A stretch of DNA of 64,000 bases. Source: an uncultured Oceanococcus sp. (GTDB lineage Bacteria > Pseudomonadota > Gammaproteobacteria > Nevskiales > Oceanococcaceae). Below are positions 56,174 to 64,000 of the stretch, in pieces; position 1 is the first letter of the stretch, and every line of letters starts with the position of its first letter. Where the stretch lies: NCBI GenBank assembly GCA_964629015.1, contig CAZVMN010000007.1, positions 86,590 to 150,589 on the forward strand, given 5' to 3'. The translations under genes were made by a program, and so were the position numbers. The notes beneath the pieces are model-generated. The model saw nothing but the letters and a program-made list of their open reading frames with translations, was not told where the DNA came from and did not search any database.

Positions 56174-57367
56174 TCAGGCCGCTGCGCTGCTGCCGCCCAG
56201 GGCATAGGCCATGAACTCGGATTTCAAACGTTGACGCGTATTGACCACGCTCAAGCCACCGCCACGCAAACGCATCAATTCCGCACTGCGCGAGCCAAAC
56301 AATGCATCCAAACCGTCGATCAAACCCAAGGCCGGCAAAACTTGGCGACGACGTGTACGCGCATATTGGGCTAAAGCCGCTTCTGCCGCGCGTTGTGAGC
56401 GTAATAGCCGCGGGTTGTCCAAACTGGCCACCAGCGCGGCTGCATCCTCAAATCCCAGATTCATACCCAGCCCGGCCAGCGGATGAACCACATGCGCGGC
56501 GTCCCCGACCAGCACGCTCCGGTCCTGCGCATAGTGGGTCGCGTGTTGAAGCATCAGCGGAAAGCTCACGCGGCGGCTGCGCAAACGAAAATGCTGGTCC
56601 GCCACCACATGCTGAAGCTCGGCGCAGAAGGCTTGCTCGTCCAGAGCACACAAACGCTGCGCTTCCGCCGTTGCCACCGACCACACGATCGAAACCTGTC
56701 CCTGCGGCAACGGCAGCAAGCCCAAAGGGCCGGTCGCGGTAAAAACCTGGCGCGCGCTGTCACAAATCGCGGGTTGTGCGTCCAACACCGCAACCACGCC
56801 ACTCTGAGCGTAGTCACGCGCTTCAATCCCGATGCCGCTGGCAGCACGCACACGCGAATCACGCCCATCCGCGCCCACAACCACGGTCGCTTCAAGCTGA
56901 CGCCCGTCCGCGCAGTGCAACACGGTGCCCGTCGCGCTCACCTGCATGTGCTGAAATTTGGCCGCGCTCCAACGCGTCACATTCACATGCTCGGCCAGCG
57001 CCTGATCCAGGCCCCATTGCAGCACGCGCACTTCCACGATCTGGCCCAAGGCGTCACGACCGAGTGTTCCGGCGTCGAATTCGATGTTGCCCTGGCCGTC
57101 ACCATCCCACACGCGCATGCGCTGGTAAGGCTGGATGCGCGAGTCGAGCGCGACAGGCCAGGCCTTGACCCGTTCAAACAAGCCACGCGAGCCGGGTGAG
57201 ACCGCAACCACACGCAGATCGTATTCCCCATCCGGCATGACCGCGGTGGGCTCGGGCGCGGCATCCAGCAGCACGACACGGAACCCCTGTTCAGCCGCCA
57301 GCAGCGCGGTTAATGCCCCAACCGGGCCTGCGCCAACAATCGCCAGATCAAAGCGTTCCTGACTCAT
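56174..57367 (-). CDS. UbiH/UbiF/VisC/COQ6-family FAD-dependent ubiquinone biosynthesis hydroxylase
   Basis: FDLAIVGAGPVG dinucleotide fold, a GDAAHVVHPLAGLGMNLG motif, and a position between gcvT and pepP as in E. coli. Confidence 0.85.
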   Translation of the reverse strand: MSQERFDLAIVGAGPVGALTALLAAEQGFRVVLLDAAPEPTAVMPDGEYDLRVVAVSPGSRGLFERVKAWPVALDSRIQPYQRMRVWDGDGQGNIEFDAGTLGRDALGQIVEVRVLQWGLDQALAEHVNVTRWSAAKFQHMQVSATGTVLHCADGRQLEATVVVGADGRDSRVRAASGIGIEARDYAQSGVVAVLDAQPAICDSARQVFTATGPLGLLPLPQGQVSIVWSVATAEAQRLCALDEQAFCAELQHVVADQHFRLRSRRVSFPLMLQHATHYAQDRSVLVGDAAHVVHPLAGLGMNLGFEDAAALVASLDNPRLLRSQRAAEAALAQYARTRRRQVLPALGLIDGLDALFGSRSAELMRLRGGGLSVVNTRQRLKSEFMAYALGGSSAAA

Positions 57368-59043
57368 GCTGCCAAGGCCGTGGATATGTCGGGATACACA
57401 CGAATCGCCGGTTGGCGGAGCAAGCCGTAGCGCTGCATCTTCTCCTGCAAACGCGTGCTCACGTGCACCAACAGCAAACGCTTGTTCTGCGTCGCCAACT
57501 CACCCGCGATGGACTCCAGATTCATCATCGCGGTGGTATCCAATACGCTCACATCGGCCAGATCCAGCACCACGGTGTGCACCTCCCGATCCACCGTGGA
57601 AATCACTCTCAAAGCCTTGTGCGCCGCGCCGAAGAACAGGGGGCCGTTGACGTCGTAAATCACCACACCCGGCACCGAGCTCTGCTCGTGAACATGCGCG
57701 GCCGGGCTGACTTTCTCGCTGCCGGTCAGCTCAATCATGCGGCGCATAAACAGCATCGACGCCAGAACCACACCGGCCGCCACCGCAACCTGCATATCGA
57801 TCAGCACAGTCAGGCTGAAGCAGGTGAAAAACACTGCTGCGTCAGCGCGCGGTGCACGTCGCACGATGCGGATCGCGTGATGAGCCTCGCTCATATTCCA
57901 CGCGACCATCAGCAGCACCGCGGCCATGGCTGCCATGGGTATCAACGACAGCCAGGGCGCCAGCAGCAACATCGCCATGAGTACAGACACCGAATGCGTG
58001 ATCGCGGCAACCGGCGTGGTTGCCCCCGAACGGACATTGGTCGCGGTGCGCGCAATCGCCGCCGTCGCCGGAATACCGCCAAAAAATGCCACCGCAATAT
58101 TGCCAGCGCCCTGCCCGATCAATTCGCTGTCTGGCTTGTGCCGCGATCCGGTCATGCCATCAGCCACCAAGGCACACAGCAACGATTCCAAAGCCCCCAG
58201 CAACGCAATCGCAAAGGCCGGTCCCAGCAGCGCACGCACCAGGTCGAAATTCAGGTTCAAGGGCTGGCCATCCGCGCCCGGCAGCTGCCAGGGCAGAATC
58301 AGCTGCGGTGCAATGGCGGGAATGCCAGGCACGCTCTCGCCATGGCGCTCGAAACTGAAACGGCTGGCGATGGTTTCCACATCGGGCAGGCGGTCAGAGG
58401 CGTTGAAGACCGCGGCCAGCGATGTGCCGATCAGCAAAGCCACCAGATACGATGGCACCCGGGTTTTGACCTTGCGCCAAGCGATGAGCACCGCAAACGT
58501 CAGCGCACCGATCAAGCACTCCTGCCAACGCAGGCTGGGCAGCGCGGAGAGCATCTGCGCCAGCTTGTCGACGAAATGCACGGCGTCGCCCTGCACCGTC
58601 AGACCGAGAAAATCCTTGAGCTGCAAACTGGCGATGACAACACCAATACCCGAGGTAAAACCCACCACCACGGGATACGGGATCAGTTGGATCAGCCCGC
58701 CGAGCCGCAACAGCCCGAAGCCAATCATGATCACGCCAGCCATGGCGCCAGCCAACAGCAAACCCGCCAACCCGAACTGCTGCACCACCGGCAACAACAC
58801 CACGACAAAGGCGGCGGTGGGGCCGGAGATATTGACCCGTGAACCACCCAGTAGCGCAATCAGTAATCCACCGACAATCGCCGTATAAAGTCCGTGTTGG
58901 GGTGCCACACCACTGGCGATCGCGAGGCCCATCGACAACGGCAGGGCAACGATTCCCACGGTAATACCAGCGAGAATATTCGTGGGCAGGGTGTTGGTGA
59001 GGGTGCCCTCCTGCCAAGCCTCGCGTAAGGCCGCAGCAATCAT
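57364..59043 (-). CDS. SulP-family anion transporter with C-terminal STAS domain
   Basis: N-terminal ILAGITVGIVALPLSMGLAIASGV motif, multiple TM segments and a C-terminal STAS-like region. 4-nt overlaps with both neighbours. Confidence 0.9.
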   Translation of the reverse strand: MIAAALREAWQEGTLTNTLPTNILAGITVGIVALPLSMGLAIASGVAPQHGLYTAIVGGLLIALLGGSRVNISGPTAAFVVVLLPVVQQFGLAGLLLAGAMAGVIMIGFGLLRLGGLIQLIPYPVVVGFTSGIGVVIASLQLKDFLGLTVQGDAVHFVDKLAQMLSALPSLRWQECLIGALTFAVLIAWRKVKTRVPSYLVALLIGTSLAAVFNASDRLPDVETIASRFSFERHGESVPGIPAIAPQLILPWQLPGADGQPLNLNFDLVRALLGPAFAIALLGALESLLCALVADGMTGSRHKPDSELIGQGAGNIAVAFFGGIPATAAIARTATNVRSGATTPVAAITHSVSVLMAMLLLAPWLSLIPMAAMAAVLLMVAWNMSEAHHAIRIVRRAPRADAAVFFTCFSLTVLIDMQVAVAAGVVLASMLFMRRMIELTGSEKVSPAAHVHEQSSVPGVVIYDVNGPLFFGAAHKALRVISTVDREVHTVVLDLADVSVLDTTAMMNLESIAGELATQNKRLLLVHVSTRLQEKMQRYGLLRQPAIRVYPDISTALAA

Positions 59044-60383
59044 GCCTGGGCCATCAGCGCTTCAATGTCTTCCGCGGATTTAGGCACATCACGGGTCAAC
59101 ACATCGGCTTCGGCCTCGGTGACCAGCACGTCATCTTCGATACGGATACCGATATTGGCGAACTCTTCGCTCACCCCGGGACTGCCGGCGGACAGGTACA
59201 GGCCCGGCTCTATGGTCAGCACCATGCCCGGTTCGAGCGCACGCCACCGGCGATTCGCGCGATAGCTGCCGACATCATGCACATCCATACCCAGCCAGTG
59301 CCCCGTCTTGTGCATGAAAAACTCAGTGTATTTCTCGGTCTCGATAAGCTCATCAACACTGCCTTTGAGCAATCCCAGATCGACCAGCCCCTGGGTCAGT
59401 ATCGGAACCACCACCTCGTGTGGCGCCATCCAGTTGGCGCCCTTGCGCACTGCATCCACGGCGGCCAATTGTGACTCCAAAACGATGTCGTAGACCGCAC
59501 GCTGCGCCGCGCTGAAATGCCCATTGACCGGGAACGTGCGAGTAATGTCGGCGCAATACCCCTCGAACTCAGCACCGGCATCAATCAGGCACAAATCCCC
59601 GTCCGCCAACGGCTGTGCATTTTCCACGTAATGCAGAATGCAGGCGTTGGCACCGCCACCAACGATGCTTCCGTAAGCGCACTCCATACCGTGGCGCTCG
59701 AAATCATGATGCAATTCCGCACCCAACTGATATTCGTACATACCGGGGCTGACACGCTGCATGGCCCGCACATGCGCTGCGGCTGAGACCTCCGCCGCGT
59801 AGCGCATCATGGCCACTTCGGCGGGCGATTTACGCAGGCGCTGCTCATGCAGAATCGTGCCAATCTGATGAACCTGGGTGGGCGCATTGACCCCTGTGCG
59901 CACCATGGCGCGCACCGCGGCCAGCCATTGCTGCAAGCGCACATCATTGGCCTGCTTCCACCCACTGGTGAAATGCACGGCTTCACGATCCTTCAGAAGC
60001 TCCGGCATTTTGCTGTCGAGATCAGAAATGACCTCCGCACGATCTGCACCGTAGCGCTCCACGCAGCCTTCCGGCCCAGCCCGGTAACCATCCCATTGCT
60101 CACGCGCCTTGTCTCGCGGACGGCAGAACATGACGAACTCGCCATCGGCGTGCCCTGGTGCCAACACCGCCCAGGCATCGGGTTCGGGAAAACCGGTCAG
60201 GTAGCGGAAATCCGAGTCCTGACGAAACCGGTAATGCACATCGCTGTTACGGGTTTGCTCGGTCGCCGCAGGAATAATCGCAACCGCATCGGGACCAATC
60301 GAATCCATCAACGCGCGACGACGGCGCGCATATTCATCAGCGGTGATCTGGGCCTCAGTCGGCCTGGGGATGTAATTCGACAT
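59040..60383 (-). CDS. pepP: Xaa-Pro aminopeptidase
   Basis: M24B pita-bread motifs (LIDAGAEFEGYCADITRT, HKTGHWLGMDVHD, TIEPGLY, IRIEDD). Start trimmed to MSNYIPRP (the ORF track extends to 60446). Confidence 0.93.
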   Translation of the reverse strand: MSNYIPRPTEAQITADEYARRRRALMDSIGPDAVAIIPAATEQTRNSDVHYRFRQDSDFRYLTGFPEPDAWAVLAPGHADGEFVMFCRPRDKAREQWDGYRAGPEGCVERYGADRAEVISDLDSKMPELLKDREAVHFTSGWKQANDVRLQQWLAAVRAMVRTGVNAPTQVHQIGTILHEQRLRKSPAEVAMMRYAAEVSAAAHVRAMQRVSPGMYEYQLGAELHHDFERHGMECAYGSIVGGGANACILHYVENAQPLADGDLCLIDAGAEFEGYCADITRTFPVNGHFSAAQRAVYDIVLESQLAAVDAVRKGANWMAPHEVVVPILTQGLVDLGLLKGSVDELIETEKYTEFFMHKTGHWLGMDVHDVGSYRANRRWRALEPGMVLTIEPGLYLSAGSPGVSEEFANIGIRIEDDVLVTEAEADVLTRDVPKSAEDIEALMAQA

Positions 60384-60867
60384 AGAGCGTCTGCGCTGCC
60401 ACTTTGAGATATTCGACGATTTCGGTGTAGGCGTCTTCCGCTTCACCGTCCTCTTCCTCTTCCACGCTGATCTTGCAGATCTCCATCAAGTCGCGCAGAA
60501 GTTCCTTGACCTCATCCGAGGCCTTGTCTTGGCCCAACTCGCCCGCACTGCCCACGCCAAACATCAGCCCGGCGCTCCAGTCAGCCAGCGCCGTGACCCG
60601 GTCCGTCAAGGGCGCGGAATCCGGTGGCAGTATCGGTTGAAATCCACAGGATGGATCTTCCAGTTCATCACGCACCTGCTGGGCAAACTCAAGCAATGAG
60701 GTCCAAGCGGATGTGTTGCGGTCGACATCATCCAGCGCCAGATCGGCGGGAAGCTGGTCGTGGCGACACCACATCCCCGCGAGCTGGCCATGAAAACCGG
60801 CCGGACTGGTGGTGGATTCCACCTCGGTCAGCCAATCGGCCAAGGTGTTGTAAGTCAGGTCATGCAT
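60355..60867 (-). CDS. UPF0149/YgfB family protein
   Basis: YNTLADWL...FHGQLAGMWC N-terminus and an acidic C-terminal region (EEEEDGEAEDAYTEIVEYLKVAA) resemble E. coli YgfB. Position upstream of pepP. The ORF track extends to 60924. Confidence 0.78.
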   Translation of the reverse strand: MHDLTYNTLADWLTEVESTTSPAGFHGQLAGMWCRHDQLPADLALDDVDRNTSAWTSLLEFAQQVRDELEDPSCGFQPILPPDSAPLTDRVTALADWSAGLMFGVGSAGELGQDKASDEVKELLRDLMEICKISVEEEEDGEAEDAYTEIVEYLKVAAQTLYVELHPQAD

Positions 60868-61086
60868 CTGTGCATTATCCCACGCCGCTGCCACGCGTAC
60901 CAAAAAGCCCCGCTGTGTCGGCATTCCGCGACAGGCGCACAGCGCTTAGCTCAGGGCCGCTCCGCCAGATCTCTGCCTGCGATGTTGCCGTTCGGCAACA
61001 GAATGCTGCCAACCATGCGACGAGACCAAGACACAAAACCCAGAAGAAGACCACAAAATATTGTTTTTATTGGATTTATAGAAACT

Positions 61087-61101
61087 TGGCACACAGCTTG
61101 T
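61087..61101 (+). promoter_or_regulatory. possible sigma-54 (-24/-12) promoter upstream of the EF-hand gene
   Basis: TGGCACacagcTTGT has the consensus TGGCAC-N5-TTGC spacing, but the -12 element is TTGT rather than TTGC. It lies about 70 nt upstream of the ATG. No enhancer-binding protein gene is nearby. Confidence 0.28.
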
Positions 61102-61172
61102 TCAAGACTTACTGCGAGCGGGACACTCCCCTAACGCCCCTCGCGATCCATTTGCACTCTAAGGAGAGAAGC

Positions 61173-61478
61173 ATGAACAAGGTACGTCATACTGCACTGG
61201 CACTGACTTCCGCCGCCCTGCTGGGCCTGGCTGGCACCGCCATGGCTGAATCGCAGACGCCTTACACTGATCTCGACCGCAACGGCGACGGCAAGATTTC
61301 CAAAACCGAAGCCGGTGCTGATACCGAACTGTCCAAGCAGTTCAACCAGATCGATACGGACGGCAACGGCGTTCTGGAATGGGGCGAGTTCGCTCGCTTT
61401 GAGTCAGAAGGTGAGATGTCCGACCAACCGGCGACGGATATGAATCCGCAGCCGTTGGGCGAGACCACACCGCAGTAA
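61173..61478 (+). CDS. secreted EF-hand calcium-binding protein
   Basis: Strong RBS aaggagag. Signal peptide ALTSAALLGLAGTAMA. Two canonical EF loops, DLDRNGDGKISKTE and DTDGNGVLEWGE. It is the in-frame distal part of the 284-aa track ORF. Confidence 0.8.
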   Translation: MNKVRHTALALTSAALLGLAGTAMAESQTPYTDLDRNGDGKISKTEAGADTELSKQFNQIDTDGNGVLEWGEFARFESEGEMSDQPATDMNPQPLGETTPQ

Positions 61479-61500
61479 AAACTGCTGTGCACGCCGCACC

Positions 61501-61532
61501 AGCGCCCGGCCTTGGCCGGGCGCTTTGCGTTT
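61501..61532. terminator. hairpin terminator shared by convergent EF-hand and aspartic-protease genes
   Basis: agcgcccggcc-ttgg-ccgggcgct followed by ttgcgttt on the plus strand. It sits 8 nt from the stop of the minus-strand gene. Confidence 0.62.
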
Positions 61533-62088
61533 AAGGGATAGCGAGATGCTGAGGATCACCGGCGGTCATCAGCTCGCAGCGACTCAAAGACAATTCCGCT
61601 GGCGCGATGGAAAACTGAAAAGGCGCAAGACGCTCGAGTGCGCGCATCCCCAGTATGGGTCGCGTTCCCGCCGGAAACACCGCGGTTTCGACATCACGCA
61701 ACCAACACGCCTCGCCAAGTCGCAGCGCCTTGATCCGGTAAATCGGCACTTTGCGCACCGACTCATCCGCCATGCGCGCGCCGATATGACGATCAAACGC
61801 CGCCTCATCCCGCGCCAACAAATCATCGAGCATGTCTTGCGGGATCACCATGAAACTCGAACCGGTGTCGACTAACAAGGAAAACGGTTCGGTGTGCGCG
61901 AACGCCGCATTGAGATAAAAGGTGCCAGTGGACTGACGCTGCATCGCGACGCTGTGCATCGGCGTCGCTGCAGACGCCTCCGTCTGCGCTTGAGCCGTAG
62001 CACTGAACAACACCAACACAAATGTGACGATTCGCAAAGACAAGGCGGGCCCTCCAAACATCAGTCCAGCCGGCTGCGCCACCGGCAC
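61531..62088 (-). CDS. retropepsin-like (clan AA, TIGR02281-type) aspartic protease
   Basis: Signal/TM segment followed by LLVDTGSSFMVIP (DTG active site) and ILGMRAL. 185 aa. Confidence 0.75.
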   Translation of the reverse strand: MPVAQPAGLMFGGPALSLRIVTFVLVLFSATAQAQTEASAATPMHSVAMQRQSTGTFYLNAAFAHTEPFSLLVDTGSSFMVIPQDMLDDLLARDEAAFDRHIGARMADESVRKVPIYRIKALRLGEACWLRDVETAVFPAGTRPILGMRALERLAPFQFSIAPAELSLSRCELMTAGDPQHLAIP

Positions 62089-62189
62089 CTGCTCAAACTC
62101 TACGCAGGGCTCAGAGAACTTTGCGTGAAGCCGATCACAATCGCAACGGCGATCTCCGCAAAGTCCTCGAAGTAACTGATAATACGGCG

Positions 62190-63344
62190 ATGATCGCCAG
62201 CCCTACACTCATTCAATCGCTCACCCAGCTGATCGGCACGTCTTCGGTCAGCAGCACGCTGCGCGCGCTGGATACGAGCAACCATGCGGTGTGTGCTTTG
62301 CTCGCCAACTGGCTTGAACCTCTGGGTTTTTCCTGCGAGTTGTTGCCTATCGACGGCAGCCCCGGCAAATACAACCTGATTGCGACGCGCGGCCAGGGCG
62401 ATGGCGGCTTGGTGCTGTCCGGCCACACCGATACGGTGCCTTACGACGATGCGGGCTGGGACAGCGATCCGTTCAAGCTGCGTGATGCTGGCGACCGCTG
62501 GCATGGGCTTGGCACCTGCGACATGAAGGGCTTTTTCGCGCTCTGCGTCCAGCTGGCCGCCGAGCTCAAAGACGTTGATCTCAAACAACCTCTGGTGATT
62601 CTGGCCACCGCCGACGAAGAATCCGGCATGGACGGTGCCAAAGCCCTGCTCAAGGCTGGCCGACCACTGGGCCGCCACGCCTTGGTCGGAGAGCCCACCG
62701 GCTTGATTCCGGTGCGCATGCACAAAGGCATATTCATGGATGTGCTGCGGGTGCGCGGACGGGCTGGGCATTCTTCCAATCCCGCCGCAGGCGTGAACGC
62801 GGTGGAGGGCGTCCACAAAGCGCTCGGCGCCTTGCTGGATCTGCGCGAGGAGCTCAAGACCCGGCTGCTGCGTGAGGAATTTTCGGTACCGCACTCAACC
62901 CTGAACCCAGGCTGTGTGCATGGCGGTGACAGCCCCAATCGCATTCCTGCAGCTTGTGAGCTGCAATTCGATCTGCGCCCTGTGCCCGGCTTGGATCTGG
63001 AAGATCTGCGCCAGGAAGCACGCGCACGCATGGATGCGGTACTGGGCGATGGCCCGTGGCAGTGGGAACATGACACCGTTTTCGAAGGTGCTGAAGCGTT
63101 TGAAACACCGGCAAATGCGGCGATCGTACAAGCGGCTGAACGGCTCACCGACAGCCCTGCGCAGGCGGTTAACTTCTGCACCGAAGGGGGTTATCTCAAC
63201 CGCTTGGGCCTGCAGACGCTGGTTCTTGGCCCTGGAGATATCGCGCAAGCCCATCAGCCCAACGAGTACCTGGCCATGGACCAAGTCGCGCCGATGATGG
63301 ACATCCTGCGCGGTCTGGTGAAGGATTTCTGCCATGAGCAGTGA
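62190..63344 (+). CDS. argE: acetylornithine deacetylase
   Basis: M20 peptidase motifs (LSGHTDTVP, CDMKGF, TADEESG). Adjacent to argA. Start trimmed to MIASPTLIQ (the ORF track starts at 62121). Confidence 0.88.
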   Translation: MIASPTLIQSLTQLIGTSSVSSTLRALDTSNHAVCALLANWLEPLGFSCELLPIDGSPGKYNLIATRGQGDGGLVLSGHTDTVPYDDAGWDSDPFKLRDAGDRWHGLGTCDMKGFFALCVQLAAELKDVDLKQPLVILATADEESGMDGAKALLKAGRPLGRHALVGEPTGLIPVRMHKGIFMDVLRVRGRAGHSSNPAAGVNAVEGVHKALGALLDLREELKTRLLREEFSVPHSTLNPGCVHGGDSPNRIPAACELQFDLRPVPGLDLEDLRQEARARMDAVLGDGPWQWEHDTVFEGAEAFETPANAAIVQAAERLTDSPAQAVNFCTEGGYLNRLGLQTLVLGPGDIAQAHQPNEYLAMDQVAPMMDILRGLVKDFCHEQ

Positions 63345-64000
63345 CAACAGCATGGCTTTTCCGCAAGCGCTACGCAGCGCAGCGCCGTACATCAACGCCC
63401 ACAGCGGGCGCATTTGCGTGGTTCACATCCCTGGTGATGTGGCCGCGACCGATGCCTTCAAACCCCTGATCTACGACCTGGCCCTGGCGCACAGCCTTGG
63501 CCTGAAGTTGATTCTGGTGCTGGGCGCGCGACCACAGATCGAAATGCGTTTAGCCCGCGAGCAACACCACACCCCCATGGTGGCCGGCCATCGGGTGACC
63601 GACGCAGTGACCTTGGATTGTGTGCGAGAAGCGGTCGGACAACTGCGCGCCGAATTCGAGGCGACGTTGTCCACCGGGCTGGCAAGCACGCCTATGGGCG
63701 GTGCGCGCATTCATGTGGCCAGCGGCAATCTGGTCACCGCACGCCCCGTCGGCATCCATGACGGTGTGGATCTGCAGTTCACCGGCGTGCTGCGGCGGCT
63801 CGACACCGACACCATTGCGGATCATCTGCGCAATGGTCGTATCGTGCTGCTGGGACCACTGGGCTATTCACCGACCGGCGAAACCTTCAACCTGCGCAGC
63901 GATGATTTGGCGTTGGCAACAGCCAAAGCCATGCACGCCGACAAGCTGGTGCTGTTCACCGACAGCGACATCGCCCGCGGCGAACTCAGTCTCAGTAACG
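63334..64000 (+). CDS. argA: amino-acid N-acetyltransferase (N-acetylglutamate synthase), 5-prime partial, runs off the window
   Basis: Absent from the ORF track because it is open-ended. My hand translation from ATG 63334 gives MSSDNSMAFPQALRSAAPYINAHSGRICVV...LGARPQIEMRL...GNLVTARPVG...GETFNL. This aligns colinearly with my recollection of E. coli ArgA (FRHSVPYINTHRGKTFVI...YGARPQI...GESFNL). It overlaps the argE stop. Confidence 0.88.
   Translation, partial: MSSDNSMAFPQALRSAAPYINAHSGRICVVHIPGDVAATDAFKPLIYDLALAHSLGLKLILVLGARPQIEMRLAREQHHTPMVAGHRVTDAVTLDCVREAVGQLRAEFEATLSTGLASTPMGGARIHVASGNLVTARPVGIHDGVDLQFTGVLRRLDTDTIADHLRNGRIVLLGPLGYSPTGETFNLRSDDLALATAKAMHADKLVLFTDSDIARGELSLSN

Noticed and set aside
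57313-58842. 509-aa plus-strand ORF antisense to the SulP transporter gene.
   Set aside because: The composition is extreme (His/Arg/Gln/Gly-rich) with no recognisable motifs. It fully shadows a well-supported transporter gene, which is the typical antisense open frame of high-GC DNA.
1-64000. Search for known defence systems (restriction-modification, CBASS, retrons, toxin-antitoxin, Cas genes) and for tRNA/rRNA genes.
   Set aside because: I saw no nuclease/ATPase/methyltransferase combinations, reverse transcriptase, cyclase-effector pairs, small TA pairs or tRNA-like T-arm motifs in any frame or intergenic region.

Overview
High-GC, gammaproteobacterial-type chromosomal window. Several housekeeping synteny blocks resemble Pseudomonas or E. 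coli: zapA-6S RNA-5-formyl-THF cyclo-ligase; proC-yggT-metX-metW-DUF4426; gcvT-gcvH-gcvP/ubiH-like/pepP/ygfB; argE-argA. I support about 56 protein genes, one 6S RNA, one tandem glycine riboswitch, a few hairpin terminators and two candidate TetR operators. I saw no tRNA, rRNA, CRISPR array, transposase, integrase or recognisable defence-system genes. Housekeeping flanks (about 0-25.8 kb and 51.4-64 kb) bracket an accessory stretch (about 25.8-51.4 kb). That stretch is dominated by lipoproteins, Tat/Sec-exported redox enzymes, small membrane proteins and local regulators, many of unknown function. The best candidates for an undescribed system are three. (1) A divergent TetR-controlled locus has a lipoprotein c-type cytochrome, a Tat-exported aldonolactone-oxidase-family flavoprotein and a Tat-exported alanine-racemase-fold PLP enzyme on one side. 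On the other side it has a TonB-dependent receptor and a lipoprotein Ntn acylase (42.4-51.4 kb). (2) Two paralogous styrene-oxide-isomerase-like small membrane proteins flank a TetR gene. One is translationally coupled to a SnoaL-like/ABM-like/zinc-ribbon protein (29.3-32.0 kb). (3) A 995-aa lipoprotein fuses a parallel beta-helix module to a dihaem cytochrome module (25.8-28.8 kb). Also notable are an S8 protease tail made of in-frame AYIWSR hexapeptide repeats and an orphan Cys-rich lipoprotein upstream of a 7TMR-DISM two-component system. CDS coordinates follow the supplied ORF track, with starts trimmed where argued. Coordinates of non-CDS features were counted by hand and may be off by a few nt. 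All homology calls come from motif recognition by eye and memory, not from searches.
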